Virus record (IMG/VR): IMGVR_UViG_3300005096_000005
Coordinates: 106,139-170,138 of that record
Direction: 5' to 3' (one strand)
From: a virus
Length of the DNA: 64,000 nt
Of the stretch, positions 9,093 to 18,167 are shown one piece after another. The first letter of the stretch is position 1; every line of letters starts with the position of its first letter. Position numbers and translations under genes: made by a program. The notes under the pieces are model-generated. The model was not told the DNA's origin. It searched no databases and was given only the letters and a program-made list of their open reading frames with translations.

Positions 9093-10723
9093 TAGCCTGC
9101 CTTTAATATCTGTATTGTACTGTGTGTATTACTGAATCCCTCAACCAGCGTTTCCTCGCCGGGTACAGAGTCCGCAGTTACCGCCTTCACCTTGAAACCA
9201 GTTTGTACTCTATACGCTGGTCTGTCCGGGTCCGTTACATCCTCACTCTCCCGGACCAGGTTGTCCAGAGTTTCAAATGACAAGTTGAGATTCGCGTTGG
9301 CAGTAGGGTCGTATACACCGTTCGAGTCTCCTTCAAGGGCCTGGTCAGGTTCTATCTTAATTACCAGAGCCTTCACCTTCTTACCTTCTGTATTATTCAC
9401 AAATCCAGTACGAACGGCTATATTGTCATCATCGGGTTCTACAATCTGAACTACGTTGTCGTAGTCAATGTGTTGTGCCCCAGGTGTAATCATCAGCCAA
9501 TACCATACGACCCCTACATCCGGGAATAAGTCCCGATCAAGAATAGATGAGTTGGATGGTGTCTGGGCCGCAAACTTAATCGCCACATGAGCGTTGGGAG
9601 TTCCTTCGTCTACAACAAGTACATCGAAGTCACGACCGTCAAACTTGATTGCTGAATCCGGGTTCGCTCTTATCTCTGGCGATAACCCCGCCCTGCCCTG
9701 CGTCAGGTCAATATATTGCGCTATCGTTTCAGAACTTCTGGCAAACGAATGGAGTCGTTTGTTGACATCTGCAGGACTTAAAGCTTGCTGAATCTCCTTC
9801 ACAGTATGCCGCGCCATAGAGCCAATAGCGGGATCAATAGGATCGACAGCGAGAGCCATGTACTGACATACACCTTCAGTTACCAGATCTTCTACCGACA
9901 TGGTCGCACCGTCGGTTTGAATGTGAATATTATAGATGCCCGCCCTTACTGCTATACCGGCCTCGTTTGCCCCGAACAAGAGAACATTGAAAGGAGGAAG
10001 AGCATCCGGACTCATCATGCGGCTAAAGCGTTTCCATCTATCATAATCCAACCCGGCCTGCGATCCCTGAGTTATCTCAGCAGCCCTTTTGATCTCTATC
10101 AGAGTTTCGTCTATCTCTTGCTGAATGGCGCTCTGTTCAAGTGGGGGTGCAGCTTCTGTTGTGGCTTGGGTTCCCGCCCCGAGCGCCCGAAACACATCAC
10201 TCATTCCTGTACCTATTGGACCGGGCAGAGAAAGCAGCCCATCTGCCTCGCTCGCTCCATGCACATTAGATATCATATTCGCGGTACGTTTTTCCATTGC
10301 CTTGAGCTTCCCACCCAAATCTCCCGCAAGAGCGGCAAGCATGGCCAGGCGCTGATCCAGCACGTGCATGTCCGGAATGTTTGACGACGTACCTCTTGCA
10401 TTGGCACTCGTTTTGTGATAGTCGAGGATGTCCAGTATGGCATGCTTATCAAAGTAGATAAATACGATAGACCCGGCCACCCATCGCGGACCTTTAGCAA
10501 TACCACGGATGTTCACATGCCCGCAAGTCGGTACCGGTGCGAGCTCTCTGTATGTCTGATATGATATTGTTGCGAGTTCTGCAAATACCCGAAGTCCGAA
10601 CCCGGGCAAAAACATAGCCGCGACGAGATTAGGGCCGGAGATGGATGTCGAAAGATCCTGCAGCGTTACCGGCGCCGTGTTGTCGCTTTGTTGTCCTCTT
10701 TTGTAATCGAAGTTCTGTACCAT
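9092..10723 (-). CDS. Tail tube paralog with helical insertion and C-terminal extra domain (543 aa)
   Basis: SISGPNLV...ATISYQTYRELAPV...RGIAKGPRWVAGSIVFIYFDKHAI...DALPPFNVLLFGANEAG aligns by eye with 10772..11503. Confidence 0.75.
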   Translation of the reverse strand: MVQNFDYKRGQQSDNTAPVTLQDLSTSISGPNLVAAMFLPGFGLRVFAELATISYQTYRELAPVPTCGHVNIRGIAKGPRWVAGSIVFIYFDKHAILDILDYHKTSANARGTSSNIPDMHVLDQRLAMLAALAGDLGGKLKAMEKRTANMISNVHGASEADGLLSLPGPIGTGMSDVFRALGAGTQATTEAAPPLEQSAIQQEIDETLIEIKRAAEITQGSQAGLDYDRWKRFSRMMSPDALPPFNVLLFGANEAGIAVRAGIYNIHIQTDGATMSVEDLVTEGVCQYMALAVDPIDPAIGSMARHTVKEIQQALSPADVNKRLHSFARSSETIAQYIDLTQGRAGLSPEIRANPDSAIKFDGRDFDVLVVDEGTPNAHVAIKFAAQTPSNSSILDRDLFPDVGVVWYWLMITPGAQHIDYDNVVQIVEPDDDNIAVRTGFVNNTEGKKVKALVIKIEPDQALEGDSNGVYDPTANANLNLSFETLDNLVRESEDVTDPDRPAYRVQTGFKVKAVTADSVPGEETLVEGFSNTHSTIQILKAG

Positions 10724-10728
10724 AGTTG

Positions 10729-10759
10729 AGAGAAAGGAGAGGACCCGAAGGCCCTCTCC
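10729..10759 (-). terminator. Intrinsic terminator after sheath-tube genes (cUUCGg tetraloop)
   Basis: GGAGAGGGCC-TTCG-GGTCCTCTCC followed by TTTCTCT. Confidence 0.7.
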
Positions 10760-10771
10760 CGTAACCTCTTA

Positions 10772-11503
10772 TCATGCTATCGGAATGTTCTGGGCTCCGA
10801 AATCGAACGAGGCGTCCGTTGCCGATTTGATAGGAATGATACGTCGGGCGACAAACGTCATCGCCTGTTCGATCACCGTATCGTCTACAGACATTCCAAC
10901 ACCTTCGTTGAGAATCTCTGCGTACAGAATTCTCATGGATGCGGCCTGTCCCTGTTCGTTCGCCATCGTCAGAGTGATATGGAACGCCGGAAGCTGATCC
11001 GAATACCACGGTGTTCTGCGCACGTATGCGGCCTGCAGAAGGTCCGTGAAGTTGTCATAAGCGCCCGCACCTGCCTGGCTCAACATGGAGGTCATCGAGT
11101 GACCCCATGTGTCCACTCCGAGAACCGAGTTCTCGTAATTAGAAGCGGGCAGTACGACACCCTGATTGGAATAGTCGTCCACAAACTGGCCATTGGTCCC
11201 CGGGATGTCCCGAGTGACCGCCGGACCCTGACCGGTCCTAACATTCTGCAGCTCTTCTATAAGAGCGTGGCGGTCGAACTGCACAAACACCACCGAGCCT
11301 GCGATACCGCGTTTGCCTCGTGCATAAGAGCGCGGATCCGCCGAACCGAAGGTGTAAACTGGCGCCTTCTCTCTGCGAATACTGTAGGTGATGGCCTGAC
11401 ACTCCCCGATTACGCGGTTATTGAAGATGGGAACAATGTCCGGACCACCGAAGGACGTGAACGTCCGTTCGTAGAGTGCTGATTGAGTTGCTGCTCCTGC
11501 CAT
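10772..11503 (-). CDS. Major tail tube protein
   Basis: Directly after the sheath gene, with SD AAGGAGGTG. Motif TSFGGPDIV...QAITYSIRREKAPVYTFGSADPRSYARGKRGIAGSVVF. Followed by a terminator, as expected for an abundant protein. Confidence 0.8.
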   Translation of the reverse strand: MAGAATQSALYERTFTSFGGPDIVPIFNNRVIGECQAITYSIRREKAPVYTFGSADPRSYARGKRGIAGSVVFVQFDRHALIEELQNVRTGQGPAVTRDIPGTNGQFVDDYSNQGVVLPASNYENSVLGVDTWGHSMTSMLSQAGAGAYDNFTDLLQAAYVRRTPWYSDQLPAFHITLTMANEQGQAASMRILYAEILNEGVGMSVDDTVIEQAMTFVARRIIPIKSATDASFDFGAQNIPIA

Positions 11504-11516
11504 GTTCTACACCTCC

Positions 11517-14500
11517 TTATCCTTGCGGTAGTGACAGGGACACCACTGTCGTGATCTTTCGGAGTTCGAGCCATACCACGAGCTCGAGCTCGATCCTCAG
11601 TGCGCCGATTATCTGCATGTCCCTGGTTGACAGAATGGTGAAGTTATAATCGCTGAGGACCCCCGCATCGACCATTGAGCGAAGGAATTCATCCACTTCC
11701 GTGTTGAGCGCCATTCGCTGCGGGATTGAGTTAGGCTGTCCGAGGAACGGGTTAGAAACCCTGCGCACGCCTGCCATAGCAGAGTGTACGACACGAACTG
11801 TGGACAGCCTGGTGTAGTCGGACAACCGTCCCGGCTTATTGGGCAGATCTCCGGCCGCGGTAATGCCGTCCGTAACATAGGCCACGTTATTGAACTGATA
11901 CAGCGTAACGTAACGGAAGCCCGTGAGGGCGTCAAGCTGCGCATTGCTGTAGTTATATCCAAGCGTGCCAATGTTAAGGATCGGTTTATGAGTCGTAGCA
12001 GCCTCTGCAGGCAGGGTGGAGGTAAGGGCAGCGTACACGACCTCAAGGGTCGAAGGCTGGCCTGTCGTTGCCGACAGAATCTCCGGACCTGCACAAACCG
12101 AGAGGTAACGTCCGATATCTTCCACTCTTCCATCGATTGGATTCGTGGTTCTGAAGCCGTTGTACATCGGAGTTACGAAATCGCCCACAGTCTTTGTAAG
12201 ACGGGTCACGCGAGACTGCACTCCACGCATGGAGGTGTCCGTCGCGGGGGACATAGAGATGACTCCAATACGCTCCTGCCCGTTCAATGATGTCTGGTAA
12301 CAATGTTCGGCCAGTATCTGACCAAAGTTAGTTACCGTGTCATTGCCGTTCGGATCGTTCGGATCAGCCCTCAGAGGCTTTCCGTTCGAGTCAACTATGA
12401 CTATACCGCGAGCCCCATTGTACCAGAATTTGCGGTCACGGCCAAAGTACTTCTTGCGTGACTCCGCATCCAGGTACATGTCTACAAGAACTATGATGTC
12501 GATAGGTTGGTTTTCCAGCAGTTGAAGCAGTCCGGTATCATACTGTGTGCCGAGCAGCTTCTGCGCATAGTAGCCTGGGTCCTTGCCCACACCATCATCG
12601 CCCCCAATCAGATAAGCGGGGGCAACATCTGTGTTGTCGAGCAGGTTGTGCGGCTTCTCATACTGCGGGAAGTTCGCGACAGGGTGGTCGGAGTCCGCAA
12701 CAAAGCGAGCCTCTACAACCACATTATCACGATGAGAGTTGATACCCACGGTCACGTCCTGATAGGACAGTGGCGTTGGGCTGGCGCTGAGGGCGACATC
12801 GAACTCAGAGGGGAATCCCTTGCCTGCGGGTTTCGATACACGCATCGTCATCTGGTCCGTCACCAAACTCCCCGCCAGGTCGATGGTTACACCAACGCCT
12901 GTAGTTGAGGAGGCTCCGTCCCATACGCCATTGCCGTATACGCTTCCAGGGTAGATAGCCCGCAGATAGAGGGCGACATCGGTGTAATACCAGTACTCAC
13001 CCGCCTGAAGGGAATTGCCGGAGTTGAGTGTAAAGACAGCGTCTTCATGGTCACTCTTCATGACAGTCCCCACAACAGGTGCCTGGCCGCCAGCCCCGCG
13101 TTTCATGAGAATGGCTTCACCATTGTCGTCCGCCTTAATGTAAGGAATTCGCAGCGACTCACCCGATGCCAGTGCTTCGTCCACAATGATAGAACGTCCG
13201 AATATTCCAACAGGTGATCCTTGCAGATAAGGATAGCGATATCCTCCCTCTACAATGTCGGGATTTTCGATGTCCTTGACGCGCACCTGCGCAAGCGCCG
13301 TTCCTGCTGTGCCCTGTATTACTTCTATGCTGACGGTCTCACCCGTGGGCAGTCCTTCCGGGTCCATAAGCTCAATCTCTGTAGTGCTATCCTGAATGTA
13401 AGGAAGCGTCCAGAGATTCTCGAGCTGACCGTACATAGTTGTCTGCTCTTGAAGAGCTGTGTTGATCGTGTTTGCTCCTGCAGCTCCGCCAGTGGAATCC
13501 TGGTACATTGTACCATACAGACGGAACTCCATGTCTGCTGCAAACATCACTTCCGCCGTGGGAATCCTGATCTTGCCACCGCTGGGCAACGCTCCTGTCC
13601 CATCGGGAACAGCATCGTATACAAAGCCGTCGGCTCCTGCATACACGTCGATAGAGGACACGAACGCCTTGACGTCATCGTAGAACGTAGCCGCAACCTG
13701 AATGTTCAGGCCCGGATCGTTCGAGATGTCAAAGTAGCCTGCCGCGATGTAGATGGCAGATTCTTGGGCGTCATAGTAGAACAGGTCATCCTGAGTCTCG
13801 GTCGGTACCAGCGTGGAACGCTGCAGCTGTACAGTAGCGGCCGTTGTCGTCAGGTCTACCTTGAGGTTTCCATATTGTGTCGTTCCCACCGCCGGTCCGC
13901 CGATATCCTTGTTGCCAAGGGCGGCGTTGTCGTTGGTAAACGGCACGTGATCCGGGTCGCCCACATTGACATCGTCCGGATCGAACAGTGTCATTAGCGG
14001 GTTGTAGTCCGGATCCCCCGAATCCATACTTCCGATAAACTGAATCTTGACCGGAACAAGCTCTCCGAGCTGGATCAGATCGGCCGGGTTCGGGACATTT
14101 GACGTATCTGCGTCCGTCGGATTCCACGCCTTAACGCCTGTCGTATCGTCGGTGTTCTCCGAAAGACTCATGGAGTTACCGAGGTTACTTCCGCTCATTC
14201 CCGAGGCTTTGGCTTCTACAATGACATACTCCTGGATGTTCCCCAGCCCGTCGTCTACACCTTCGCGATGAGCTTCGACATACGGGTTGATACCTGCGTC
14301 ATTGTTGATCGCGCTTGCCAGGTTCACGGCTGTGGCTGTAAGGTCGCCAGAAACAATGTTCCAGTTAAACCCTCCACCGCCGATCTCTCCGATGAAGCTG
14401 GCTGCGTAATCTGTTCCGCCATCTTCGATAGCCACCGTCAAGAGCGGCTGATTGTCAAGACCATCATCAAGGAACTGTTGGCCTGTGACGTCAAACGCGG

Positions 14501-17378
14501 TCGATGCGGCAGGTCCGCCACTGATTGTGAGCGTACTGTTGTTTCCCGCTGACCCCGTTGAATTGTCTTGAATTCTTACCGTAGTCCCGCCAGGATTGCT
14601 GACGGAATGTGATGCTGTAGGTCCGAACGTGTTGAACCAACTGATGAAGTTGTTCATTGCGTCGGCCTCTGTCGCTCCGATCTCGAAGTTGTTAGGATCA
14701 TTGAAAGTCGAAGCCGCCACAGTGACTGCGGTCCCACCGGCGGGGGTGATGGTAATGCTGTCGCCTACCATGTCCGCAACGCTGTCGAAAAATATCTCAA
14801 ACGCCGCCGCCTGTGGATTCATCCCCTGAGAAATGATGTCGCCATCACTTTCCGATACGGGAACGCCGTTGCCGTCGTCAGTTGTGAGTTGTGGCCCTGC
14901 CACAGAAGCCGCACCCGATGTCCAACCTGGAGTTGCGCCGTCGTCCTGGGTTGTCATGAATGTCAGGCCATTCCCTGCCGCTCCCTGGAGGGGACCACCG
15001 GGTGTCGCTGAGAAGCGAACAATCTCACTGCTCGCGCCTTCAATACTCACATCCCATTGTCCGGCACTCGGGCTGGCTGCATCATTGAAAAGCGTACTGA
15101 TAGCGCCCGCATGTTGCGGTCCGTTATTCGGATCAGCCACTGACACCGATCCTGTCCACGCACAATCCCAGGTGGCGGTTCCACTGTTCCATGTAACGTC
15201 AGCCGAACTGCCTCCACTCAACGGAATGATAACCTTACAACCTGTGTCAGGTGAGTACGTTCCTATGGAGAAGTCGAACGTTACATAAGCATCTCCCTGG
15301 TCCATTCCGCCGGTAAAGAAACGCGGAGGATCCATAAGAGTTTGCTTAATACCCTGAGGGTTCGCAGTCCAATAAGAAATGCTGGAACCTGCTGTATCGA
15401 TGGTAATCTGAGCTTCCCATGTCCCGCCACCAAGATCGACAACGGTTTGGGAGTACATACCACCGAGACCCACACGGCTGAACGCCTGGGTCATGGCACT
15501 GGCAAAGTTCTGCGCAGTAGCCTGCATGTCGCCCGCACTGACTTGCCAGTGAATGCCTTCACGAAGCTGGAAGGTAATGCCCCCTCCAAAGAACGTGATG
15601 CCGTCATCTGCCATGTCTGCTTCATTCGCGGGATCAAACCTTGCGTCCAACCGGTATTGGCCGCCTCCCTGGTCGACAAAGTCGTAATTGGCTCCACTCA
15701 TCGTCAGGTCACTGTTGAAGATGATTCCTTTAGGATAAGAAGAACCGGGAAGGTCAATGTACCAATTGTTGTTGGGCGCCGTACCTGTGGCTGTCGCCTT
15801 GACAAAAACATCCTGACCACCAGATGATGCGGAGAAGTTTGCTACCGCATCGATGGCTGCAGCAATATTGGCAGCGGTTTGCCCGTTATCGGGTCCAATT
15901 GTGAACTCATTGGCCCCTGGAGCGCCCGCGACTGCTGTAAGCTGCGTGGTTGTGGTTCCGTCGAACAGGGTGATCTGGTCACCGGGTGTGAGTTGGTTGT
16001 AATCTTCAACTCTGAATCCGACACTGGCCTGCACTCCGGCTCCTGATACAGCAATGTCGTTCGCTGAACCTTCCAGACGGAATGCTCCGACTGCCAGCTT
16101 CTTGCCGCCAGTGATCTCGAACAGATTCGTGTTCCCTACGTACTGAACTTCTTTCCGCTCTACCCGTGGCAGTGTGAAGTCAGTCCCTGCTGTAACTCCG
16201 GGAGTGAATCCGGCGCCACTGTCGTAAGAGAGGAAATCAGGGTGGGTCGCCGCCAGAGCTTCAGCTTCAACTCTGTTGTTGGCGGCTATACGACATAGCA
16301 TCTCTGGAGGAAGCGAACCCGGGAAGTTCTCGTTCAGGTCGATCCCTACGATGACCTCGGCCCCGTCCGGCAGTCCTACATCGCCAAAGCCGATAACACG
16401 AACCTTATCTTCCTCGGTCGTGTCGTCATGTGCGGGTAACGCACCCGCTCCGGCAAGGTAGTAATGCTTGGCCGCAAGGCCCTCCCATCCGTATTCCAGA
16501 TCTGCCATTGCTGCTGCACGGCCAGCCCCCGCTGTCATAGCGCGGTTGACCGCTGTTCCTACCGCACTCGTGCGGTAGCTTGTATAACTGAGAAACATTG
16601 TGAGATTGCCGTAATTGCTTCCTACGTCGATGTTTCCGTAGGTAGTGTCCGGGGTGTTGGCCCAGAGACCCTGTCCTACGGCCGGGTTGGCTGCGATAGT
16701 GGGATTCGTCATGTTCCCGACATCCCACCTTACGAACTGGCCGGACAGTCCATCCGGCGATTGGTCCGTATAAGCTGACCCTACCCACGCAACCGGAAGA
16801 CCCTCCGCCTCTGCGTCGACCTCAATGTCGGACGAAGGCAGCGGATTCGGCAGCGTATAAGCGAACTCGTAGTTGTTGCCCGCCAGAGTGAAACGCATTA
16901 TCATATTGCCTCCGGCCATGTTTTCACTGAAGCCGGAGATAGCAAACAGATAATTGTCTACAACATCTGGAGCAAGCGGATCGCCTGTAATGCTGCCCGC
17001 CTGGTAAGTGGGTTCCGGAATGTCAAAACTGACTTCCGGGTCGATCTCGACGTAGGCGTAAGATGCTGGGTTTGCCTCCTTTAAGGCAAGCGCGGCGTAT
17101 TCGCCTCCGATACGCATGCCCTGGACAGCTCGTGCCCCGGCATTATTCGCATCGTTGATTGCACGGGCCAGAGTGGCCTTCGGGCTATCATAAGGATCCC
17201 CGAAGAACTCTATGGCCGCCTGCGGTAGTGTTACCACCACAGGGGCGCTGTTCGGCCCGTCCGGAGAGGTTCCCACCAGGAGAACCGTCTCAGTAGTTGC
17301 CAGAGGAGGAGGCGCTGCAAGCCCGCCATCTTTGTAGTTTGTGACAAAGCCTGCTAAGTTTGGATAAACTCTCGCCAT
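11517..17378 (-). CDS. Contractile tail sheath protein, very large (1953 aa)
   Basis: Sheath N-terminus (YPNLAGFV...VLLVGTSPDGP...AIEFFG). Sheath C-terminus (NAQLDALTGFRYVTL...VTDGIT...DYTRLSTVRVV...FLGQPN...GVLSDYNFTI...LELRKITTVVSL). Confidence 0.9.
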   Translation of the reverse strand: MARVYPNLAGFVTNYKDGGLAAPPPLATTETVLLVGTSPDGPNSAPVVVTLPQAAIEFFGDPYDSPKATLARAINDANNAGARAVQGMRIGGEYAALALKEANPASYAYVEIDPEVSFDIPEPTYQAGSITGDPLAPDVVDNYLFAISGFSENMAGGNMIMRFTLAGNNYEFAYTLPNPLPSSDIEVDAEAEGLPVAWVGSAYTDQSPDGLSGQFVRWDVGNMTNPTIAANPAVGQGLWANTPDTTYGNIDVGSNYGNLTMFLSYTSYRTSAVGTAVNRAMTAGAGRAAAMADLEYGWEGLAAKHYYLAGAGALPAHDDTTEEDKVRVIGFGDVGLPDGAEVIVGIDLNENFPGSLPPEMLCRIAANNRVEAEALAATHPDFLSYDSGAGFTPGVTAGTDFTLPRVERKEVQYVGNTNLFEITGGKKLAVGAFRLEGSANDIAVSGAGVQASVGFRVEDYNQLTPGDQITLFDGTTTTQLTAVAGAPGANEFTIGPDNGQTAANIAAAIDAVANFSASSGGQDVFVKATATGTAPNNNWYIDLPGSSYPKGIIFNSDLTMSGANYDFVDQGGGQYRLDARFDPANEADMADDGITFFGGGITFQLREGIHWQVSAGDMQATAQNFASAMTQAFSRVGLGGMYSQTVVDLGGGTWEAQITIDTAGSSISYWTANPQGIKQTLMDPPRFFTGGMDQGDAYVTFDFSIGTYSPDTGCKVIIPLSGGSSADVTWNSGTATWDCAWTGSVSVADPNNGPQHAGAISTLFNDAASPSAGQWDVSIEGASSEIVRFSATPGGPLQGAAGNGLTFMTTQDDGATPGWTSGAASVAGPQLTTDDGNGVPVSESDGDIISQGMNPQAAAFEIFFDSVADMVGDSITITPAGGTAVTVAASTFNDPNNFEIGATEADAMNNFISWFNTFGPTASHSVSNPGGTTVRIQDNSTGSAGNNSTLTISGGPAASTAFDVTGQQFLDDGLDNQPLLTVAIEDGGTDYAASFIGEIGGGGFNWNIVSGDLTATAVNLASAINNDAGINPYVEAHREGVDDGLGNIQEYVIVEAKASGMSGSNLGNSMSLSENTDDTTGVKAWNPTDADTSNVPNPADLIQLGELVPVKIQFIGSMDSGDPDYNPLMTLFDPDDVNVGDPDHVPFTNDNAALGNKDIGGPAVGTTQYGNLKVDLTTTAATVQLQRSTLVPTETQDDLFYYDAQESAIYIAAGYFDISNDPGLNIQVAATFYDDVKAFVSSIDVYAGADGFVYDAVPDGTGALPSGGKIRIPTAEVMFAADMEFRLYGTMYQDSTGGAAGANTINTALQEQTTMYGQLENLWTLPYIQDSTTEIELMDPEGLPTGETVSIEVIQGTAGTALAQVRVKDIENPDIVEGGYRYPYLQGSPVGIFGRSIIVDEALASGESLRIPYIKADDNGEAILMKRGAGGQAPVVGTVMKSDHEDAVFTLNSGNSLQAGEYWYYTDVALYLRAIYPGSVYGNGVWDGASSTTGVGVTIDLAGSLVTDQMTMRVSKPAGKGFPSEFDVALSASPTPLSYQDVTVGINSHRDNVVVEARFVADSDHPVANFPQYEKPHNLLDNTDVAPAYLIGGDDGVGKDPGYYAQKLLGTQYDTGLLQLLENQPIDIIVLVDMYLDAESRKKYFGRDRKFWYNGARGIVIVDSNGKPLRADPNDPNGNDTVTNFGQILAEHCYQTSLNGQERIGVISMSPATDTSMRGVQSRVTRLTKTVGDFVTPMYNGFRTTNPIDGRVEDIGRYLSVCAGPEILSATTGQPSTLEVVYAALTSTLPAEAATTHKPILNIGTLGYNYSNAQLDALTGFRYVTLYQFNNVAYVTDGITAAGDLPNKPGRLSDYTRLSTVRVVHSAMAGVRRVSNPFLGQPNSIPQRMALNTEVDEFLRSMVDAGVLSDYNFTILSTRDMQIIGALRIELELVVWLELRKITTVVSLSLPQG

Positions 17379-17396
17379 TAGCGGTTACACCTCCTG

Positions 17397-18167
17397 TCAA
17401 ATTATGGTGATGCGTCCACTGAAGAAGCTTACACCATCCTCAACAATCGGCCTCATACTTTCTGAGAGCTCGACTGCAATGCGCCTGATGACCTCATATT
17501 CTTGTACATACAAGTCCTCGAAGACCATCCTGTAGCGCAAAGAGCGGGCAAAGATATCGTCCCGCCACTTTGTGACAGTGCGATCTCGCAACCGCTCGGA
17601 ATAGAGGATGTCGCTAACCCCCTTCAGTCTGAACACGCCGGTATATGTGAACATAAACCTCTTAAATCTGGCTGCCAACCTGCCTGCCTCTGGTGGAGTC
17701 ATACCCCAGCAGTTGAACTGCACCAGCGTATCCAGGCGTTGTCCCCAGACAACTACTGACTCGCCCTCAGGACTGAACTCACTTGCGCTTGGCGGATAAA
17801 ACTTCTGCCCGCAAGTCTTCTCCCACTGAGGGTAATTGGTACACACTTCCCGACGACACACCAGGCTCATGTCCTGATGCTGGCACTTGTATGTCGGGAA
17901 CGTATCCCTTATCCTTGGCTTGACCTCTCCGGGTACAGGCGTCTCGTGGACCACTTCGACCGTCACCACCGGCGTCTCGGTTTTAGGGTCGGGGTCCTCC
18001 TCTGTTATGATGACTCCTGGAAGCGCTTTCTTCCCCAGCTCTACAAGCATCTCCAAGAAGTCCTCAAACGACGCACTACCCTCAGCCTGAACCCTTTGCT
18101 TTGGAGTAAGCTTTGGGTAAAGGCTTGTATGTATTCTATCTCCTTGCGGAGTGAATATCGTATTCAT
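17397..18167 (-). CDS. Putative tail completion/terminator protein
   Basis: Immediately upstream of the sheath. GQRLDTLVQFNCWG...EAGRLAARFKRFM pattern; small Cys-rich insert. Confidence 0.55.
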   Translation of the reverse strand: MNTIFTPQGDRIHTSLYPKLTPKQRVQAEGSASFEDFLEMLVELGKKALPGVIITEEDPDPKTETPVVTVEVVHETPVPGEVKPRIRDTFPTYKCQHQDMSLVCRREVCTNYPQWEKTCGQKFYPPSASEFSPEGESVVVWGQRLDTLVQFNCWGMTPPEAGRLAARFKRFMFTYTGVFRLKGVSDILYSERLRDRTVTKWRDDIFARSLRYRMVFEDLYVQEYEVIRRIAVELSESMRPIVEDGVSFFSGRITII

